A stretch of 51,428 nucleotides of DNA from an uncultured Eubacteriales bacterium (GTDB lineage Bacteria; Bacillota; Clostridia; Christensenellales; UBA1242), in assembly GCA_905187655.1 (NCBI GenBank), contig CAJJIV010000001.1, positions 1 through 51,428 of the forward strand. Reading direction: 5' to 3'. The translations under genes and the position numbers were made by a program. How positions within the stretch are numbered: the stretch's first letter is position 1; the number at the start of each line of letters is the position of its first letter. Shown here piece after piece: positions 46,625 through 51,428 of the stretch. The notes under the pieces were generated by a model. The model was not told the origin of the DNA. It searched no databases and saw nothing but the letters and a program-made list of their open reading frames with translations.

Positions 46625-49321
46625 ATGTTAGAATTAAAAAACATAAGTAAAATATATGAAACAAAAGACCTAAAAGTTACTGCCCTAGATGGAATTAGTA
46701 TTAGTTTCAGAAAGAGTGAGTTTGTGTCTATTTTGGGTCCAAGCGGATGCGGTAAAACTACAATGTTAAACATTGTCGGTGGCCTAGATAAGTACACTAG
46801 TGGGGACCTTGTTATTAACGGCAAAAGTACCAAAGATTTTAGTGACCGAGATTGGGATTCTTACCGGAATCATACTATAGGATTTGTTTTCCAAAGTTAT
46901 AACTTAATTCCGCATCAAACGGTACTAGAAAATGTTGAACTTGCATTAACTCTTTCTGGAATTAAAAAAGAAGAAAGACATCGAAGAGCAACAGAAGCAC
47001 TTGCCAAAGTAGGACTAAGCGACAAACTTAAAGCAAAACCAAACCAATTATCTGGTGGACAAATGCAAAGGGTAGCAATTGCCAGAGCCTTAGTTAACGA
47101 CCCAGACATTGTGCTAGCCGATGAACCAACTGGTGCGTTAGATAGTAAAACTAGTGTTCAGGTTATGGAACTTCTTAAAGAAATATCTAAAGACAAACTT
47201 GTTATAATGGTTACTCATAATCCAAGTTTGGCAGAAGAATATAGCAGTAGAATAATAAAATTGCTAGATGGCAAACTTATTAATGACAGTAACCCCAAAA
47301 CCGCAGAGAATGAGTTAGAAGAGGTAAAAACAGTTAACGAAACTTTATCTAAACTTCGAAAGAGCAAAAAAAGACATCATTCACCAAAAACTACAATGTC
47401 ATTTTTCACGGCCTTGTCACTTAGCCTTAAAAACCTATTAACAAAAAAGGCAAGAACATTTTTGGTTGCCTTTGCAGGAAGTATTGGCATAATTGGAATT
47501 GCACTTGTGCTTGCGTTGTCTACCGGATTTTCGGGGTATGTTAACAGAGTGCAAGAAGATACCTTGTCTAGTCACCCTATAACCATAGAAGCACAGAGTG
47601 TTAGTTATATGGACATTATGGCGGCAATGATTATGGACAATAGTAGCACCAATAAGGCATCAACTGACAACGGAGTGGAGTCTGGTGGTGCACTTGCGGA
47701 AATTATGAATAAATTTGGTAAAGCATTAAAGGTTAACAATCTTCAAAAATTTAACAATTATTTAGTTGAAAATTATGCACAAATACAGGAACATGTAAGC
47801 GCAATTCAATACACCTATGACATTGGATTGGAATTTTATGATAGCGTAAATAAGAATGTTCAGCCATATAGCAGTGCACTATATAATGTCATAATCAATT
47901 ACTCTATGCAATATTTAAGGCAAAAGACCAACCTAGTTCCAACAAAAATTGCAAACGGATACAACTTGTCAGTTCCAGAAGATGGTAATTACGATCTTAA
48001 ATTTTTGGAAGATTATAGTTCGGTAGAGGCAGTAGCGGGTATTGTTACACAACTTAAAACCGCTGGTCAAGTTGATTTAACAAACGAACAAGTTGCCGGT
48101 ATTGTTACACTTTTAATGAACATTCCAATTTCTAACTTTGCAATTTATAATATGCAAATTTTTAACGAAGCCATAGATAGTCCTCAATTACTAAAAGAGC
48201 AATATTCTCTTGTTGGAGAAGGTAGTAAGTGGGCAACTGAAAGTAATGAAGTTATGCTTGTATTAAACAGTGATAATCGTCTAGATGACTATATTTTGTA
48301 CGCACTAGGTCTTGTTACCGAAGAGCAAATGACAGAATCACTAACAAATTTGCTAAACAATCAAGACTCTACTATGAAAGTCAACTATTCTGACATTTTG
48401 GGCAGGGAATATAAGGTGTTAACCGATTCCGATTATTATCTAAATATAAGTACAGACCCAGATGTTAAAAATATTGTGGATATCAGAAAATATTATTACC
48501 ACGAAGAAAAAGATGCACAAGGTAATATCACAAGTTCTTATTATGATGCGGAGTTCTATACCAAGTATAACGAAATATTAGAAAACTGTACAAATAAAGT
48601 TAAAATTGTTGGTGTGCTTAAACCTAAAGAAGATGTTACAAACGGCTGTTTAACAAGCGGGATTGCTTATTTGAACTTATTAACGCAAAAAATGATTGAA
48701 ATAAATAATAGTTCGCTAGCAGTTGAAAGTGATGAAACTAATAAAATAGATACATCAACTCCAATTAAAATTAGCATTTATGCAAGCAGTTTTGATGCAA
48801 AAAATTCTATTGAAGACTTTATTAAAAATTATAATAAGAATGCCAAAGAAGGCGACCAAATTGAATATTCTAACCTAATTGGCACCATCATGTCTGGTGT
48901 TTCAACCATTATTAGTGCAATAACCTATATTTTAATTGCTTTTGTTTCGGTCTCTCTTGTTGTATCTTCAATAATGATAGGCATTATAACTTATATTTCT
49001 GTTCTAGAACGCATAAAAGAAATAGGAATTTTAAGGAGTATTGGTGCAAGCAAACAAGATATTAAGCGAGTATTTACTGCCGAAACCTTAATTATTGGTT
49101 TTATTGCAGGTCTTCTTGGTATATTGGTAACACTTATTTTTACCATACCACTTAATTTAATTATAAAGGCAGTAGCAGGAATAAATATTCATGCCAGTCT
49201 TCCAATTTTGGCAGCAATAATTTTAATTGCAATAAGTATGCTGTTAACCTTTATTGCTGGATTAATTCCATCAAGAATTGCGAGCAAAAAAGATCCAGTT
49301 GTTGCCTTAAGAACCGAATAA
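46625..49321 (+). CDS. Fused MacB-type ABC transporter (ATPase plus FtsX-like permease)
   Basis: Walker [10 protein letters not shown], signature LSGGQMQR, Walker [13 protein letters not shown]. Then TM1, a roughly 450-aa extracytoplasmic region and 3 C-terminal TM helices. Confidence 0.9.
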   Translation: MLELKNISKIYETKDLKVTALDGISISFRKSEFVSILGPSGCGKTTMLNIVGGLDKYTSGDLVINGKSTKDFSDRDWDSYRNHTIGFVFQSYNLIPHQTVLENVELALTLSGIKKEERHRRATEALAKVGLSDKLKAKPNQLSGGQMQRVAIARALVNDPDIVLADEPTGALDSKTSVQVMELLKEISKDKLVIMVTHNPSLAEEYSSRIIKLLDGKLINDSNPKTAENELEEVKTVNETLSKLRKSKKRHHSPKTTMSFFTALSLSLKNLLTKKARTFLVAFAGSIGIIGIALVLALSTGFSGYVNRVQEDTLSSHPITIEAQSVSYMDIMAAMIMDNSSTNKASTDNGVESGGALAEIMNKFGKALKVNNLQKFNNYLVENYAQIQEHVSAIQYTYDIGLEFYDSVNKNVQPYSSALYNVIINYSMQYLRQKTNLVPTKIANGYNLSVPEDGNYDLKFLEDYSSVEAVAGIVTQLKTAGQVDLTNEQVAGIVTLLMNIPISNFAIYNMQIFNEAIDSPQLLKEQYSLVGEGSKWATESNEVMLVLNSDNRLDDYILYALGLVTEEQMTESLTNLLNNQDSTMKVNYSDILGREYKVLTDSDYYLNISTDPDVKNIVDIRKYYYHEEKDAQGNITSSYYDAEFYTKYNEILENCTNKVKIVGVLKPKEDVTNGCLTSGIAYLNLLTQKMIEINNSSLAVESDETNKIDTSTPIKISIYASSFDAKNSIEDFIKNYNKNAKEGDQIEYSNLIGTIMSGVSTIISAITYILIAFVSVSLVVSSIMIGIITYISVLERIKEIGILRSIGASKQDIKRVFTAETLIIGFIAGLLGILVTLIFTIPLNLIIKAVAGINIHASLPILAAIILIAISMLLTFIAGLIPSRIASKKDPVVALRTE

Positions 49322-49334
49322 AACTAACGACAAT

Positions 49335-49360
49335 AAAGACCGCTAATTTTAGCGGTCTTT
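49335..49360. terminator. Bidirectional terminator between the ABC gene and the SDR gene
   Basis: Perfect 11-bp stem aaagaccgcta/tagcggtcttt. Confidence 0.8.
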
Positions 49361-49375
49361 ATGCTTTGTGTAAAG

Positions 49376-50182
49376 TTATCGGTATTGTCCACGCTTTTTT
49401 TCACATTTGGTCCAACGCTTATATAAAAGTGAAGCAATAAACGTTTCGGTTGCGAACTTAGAAAGTAACCACATAAGTTTGTTAAAAAAACCGGGAATAT
49501 ATTTAGGCTCGTTTTTTTGTACCTTTTTAAGTGAAACTTTTGCAACTGTTTCGGTTGGCATTAAAGAAAGTCTTCCACCAATTCCTTGCGATTTTATGCT
49601 TAATTTCATATCATCGTTTGTTGCCATGCTTCCAGGGCAAACGGCGGTTACGAAGCAGTTTTTGCCTTTAAGTTCTCGCCTTAAAGCGACAGAAAAGCGA
49701 GTAAGCATACTTTTGGATGAACTATAAATAGCCATTTGTGGCAGTGGGTAAAAACTTGCAAGACTAGAAACAATAATAACATGATTTCTAATTGATATAT
49801 CTCGTTGAGCTAAAAATTTGTAAGTAAAATCTATGGTACCAACGCAGTTTACTTTAATTGCCTTTGTAACTTCTTCGTTGGAACAGCCCATAAAACTTCC
49901 TTCTAAAATATAGCCAGCATTGTTAATTAACATATTTGGTTTAAGCCCTTGCTGTTTAATGTAGTCCCAAAATTCTTCTCTGCTTTTGTCATCGCCAAGG
50001 TCACAAGCCTTTGCCCAAATTTTAATGTCTGGATACTCGGTTAAAACTTCGGCTTTAAGTAATTCAAGCCTTTCTTGTTTTGTGGCAGAAAGAACAATAT
50101 TGTAGCCTTTTTTAGCACATTCATAAACATAACTTTTTCCAAGTCCACCTGTTGCACCGGTAATTACTGCAAGTGTTACCAT
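49376..50182 (-). CDS. SDR-family oxidoreductase
   Basis: TGATGGLGK cofactor motif and YSSSK catalytic motif. ATG at 50182 follows GGGAGA. Confidence 0.88.
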   Translation of the reverse strand: MVTLAVITGATGGLGKSYVYECAKKGYNIVLSATKQERLELLKAEVLTEYPDIKIWAKACDLGDDKSREEFWDYIKQQGLKPNMLINNAGYILEGSFMGCSNEEVTKAIKVNCVGTIDFTYKFLAQRDISIRNHVIIVSSLASFYPLPQMAIYSSSKSMLTRFSVALRRELKGKNCFVTAVCPGSMATNDDMKLSIKSQGIGGRLSLMPTETVAKVSLKKVQKNEPKYIPGFFNKLMWLLSKFATETFIASLLYKRWTKCEKKRGQYR

Positions 50183-50330
50183 TATTTCTCCCAAATAAAA
50201 AATTTATTTTCTATAAATATTATCTCATAAAACAATAATAAAAGTCTAGCAAAAGAGTTGTCATTTTGTTTCAATTTATGTTAAGATAAAAGAACGGGTA
50301 GTTAATTTTGTAATAAGGTACTTAGGTTTA

Positions 50331-51137
50331 ATGTCAAAAATAATAATTTCAAGCGAAAAACAAATCAATCTTCATCAGAACCATCGTGAAAGGGTTAAAG
50401 ATAGATTTGTTAAGTATGGATTAAGCAATTTTATGGAGCACGAAATACTAGAATTATTGTTGTTTTATGCAGTTCCGCAGGTGGACACCAATCCTATTTC
50501 TCATCAGTTAATAAATAAATTTAAAAACTTAAAGAATGTTTTTAATGCTGATATTAATGATTTAATTAGCATTCCGGGCATAGGTATGCATAGTGCAATA
50601 CTAATAAAATTAATCCCAGAACTTGCACGCCTATTAAATGAAAGTAAAAATGATAAACTGAAATACTTAAATAATCAAGAAAATTCAAAAGAATTTGCTA
50701 AAAGATTATTTGAAAATGTAACAAATGAAGAGTTTTATGTTATTTGCCTAGATGACAGTAATGGAATTATTAATACTCACAAAGAAACTTCAGGAGAGTT
50801 TAGTAAGGTAGAAGTTCAGATAAGAAAAATAACTGACCACATTTTAAAGAGTAGGTGTTCTAGGATAATTATTGCACACAATCACCCATTTGCCGATGCT
50901 GAACCATCAGATGAAGACCTAGTTATGACACACAAACTTTACAGCAGTTGTATATTAAATGATATAGACATTTTAGATCATATTATTTATTCGCCCACAA
51001 AAATATACAGTTTTGCTGAAACCGGAATGTTAAAAAACATAAGGAACGATATTCTAGTGCTGTTGAATTATGGCAAAAATGCCTATAAATCAAAACAGTT
51101 CAGAGAAAATACAACCCCTTATGTAATTTTAAAATAA
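50331..51137 (+). CDS. radC: RadC-family JAMM-motif protein
   Basis: HhH-like IPGIG and the JAMM motif HNHP....PS.ED. Confidence 0.85.
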   Translation: MSKIIISSEKQINLHQNHRERVKDRFVKYGLSNFMEHEILELLLFYAVPQVDTNPISHQLINKFKNLKNVFNADINDLISIPGIGMHSAILIKLIPELARLLNESKNDKLKYLNNQENSKEFAKRLFENVTNEEFYVICLDDSNGIINTHKETSGEFSKVEVQIRKITDHILKSRCSRIIIAHNHPFADAEPSDEDLVMTHKLYSSCILNDIDILDHIIYSPTKIYSFAETGMLKNIRNDILVLLNYGKNAYKSKQFRENTTPYVILK

Positions 51138-51166
51138 ATGTTGATTATATTTTTTTGTACAAAATA

Positions 51167-51193
51167 AAAAGTCTTTCATGGTGAAAGACTTTT
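51167..51193. terminator. Bidirectional terminator between radC and the tRNA
   Basis: 12-bp stem aaaagtctttca/tgaaagactttt with a 3-nt loop. Confidence 0.75.
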
Positions 51194-51196
51194 TCT

Positions 51197-51273
51197 TGGT
51201 TGCGGAGGCAGGATTTGAACCTACGACCTTTGGGTTATGAGCCCAACGAGCTTCCGGGCTGCTCTACTCCGCG
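51197..51273 (-). tRNA. Initiator tRNA-fMet (CAU), CCA encoded
   Basis: Minus-strand read is CGCGGAGTAGAGCAGCCCGGAAGCTCGTTGGGCTCATAACCCAAAGGTCGTAGGTTCAAATCCTGCCTCCGCAACCA. It has a C1/A72 mismatch and a GGG/CCC anticodon stem, and is near-identical in pattern to E. coli tRNA-fMet. Confidence 0.93.
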
Positions 51274-51291
51274 ATAGTTACAACATTAGCA

Positions 51292-51320
51292 ATTTTAACA
51301 CAGCAAATGCATCTTGTCAA
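51292..51320 (-). promoter_or_regulatory. Promoter of tRNA-fMet
   Basis: Minus strand TTGACA, 17-nt spacer, TAAAAT. Confidence 0.65.
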
Positions 51321-51428
51321 GTATATTTACATTATAAATAAAATTTATTGTAACGGCAAATATTTACCTTGTTTACTTACCATATAATTATATGCAAGAT
51401 GATTAATTATTTATTCCAAATGTAACAA

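Noticed and set aside
46561-46833. Track ORF 46561-46833 (-)
   Set aside because: It is antisense to the Walker A region of the ABC transporter and overlaps that gene's promoter. It is a shadow ORF.
1-51428. CRISPR arrays, rRNA genes, prophage integrases, retron or DGR reverse transcriptases
   Set aside because: I saw no regularly spaced direct repeats, no rRNA-like sequence, and no integrase or RT-like ORF when reading both strands and the ORF track.

Overview
AT-rich chromosomal window with Firmicutes-like organisation: a Clostridia-type alpha operon containing rpsD, and a long Alu-domain SRP RNA. Most of it is core genome. In order: SRP RNA (-), a HEPN-like/CBS protein, three RNA-modification enzymes (PF10672-like methyltransferase, RluA-family pseudouridine synthase, TlyA) and pgi (-). 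Next comes a complete S10-spc-alpha supercluster, rpsJ to rplQ with secY, adk, map and infA. It also contains rpmJ, which is too short for the supplied ORF track. After that: folD, serS (-), a THUMP methyltransferase (-), dnaB, a compact alaS, a DUF4097-like repeat protein and a glgB-glgA-glgP-GH13 glycogen operon. The window ends with yqeY (-), a membrane zinc-ribbon protein (-), a fused MacB-type ABC transporter, an SDR (-), radC and initiator tRNA-fMet (-). Two accessory regions stand out. (1) An eight-gene cassette of unrecognised proteins lies at 22.8-26.8 kb between folD and serS. It is headed by a solo HicB-like gene and ends in four tandem, diverged paralogs that share three collinear motif blocks. 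This is my best candidate for an undescribed system, but its function is unknown. (2) An 1874-bp IS3-family element (43667-45540) has imperfect terminal inverted repeats, a 4-bp AAAT target duplication and an A AAA AAA -1 frameshift site. It also carries a 152-aa passenger gene with its own promoter. The element sits exactly in the loop of a former bidirectional terminator. Other points: an Rx4H (HEPN-like) motif fused to a CBS pair, a non-GNRA apical loop in SRP RNA helix 8, and Lys-rich extensions on several ribosomal proteins. DnaB has an acidic tail, AlaRS lacks the C-Ala domain, and the glycogen operon lacks glgC/glgD. No CRISPR array, rRNA gene or integrase-bearing prophage was seen. All calls rest on reading the sequence and translations and on recalled family motifs. 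No database search was run.
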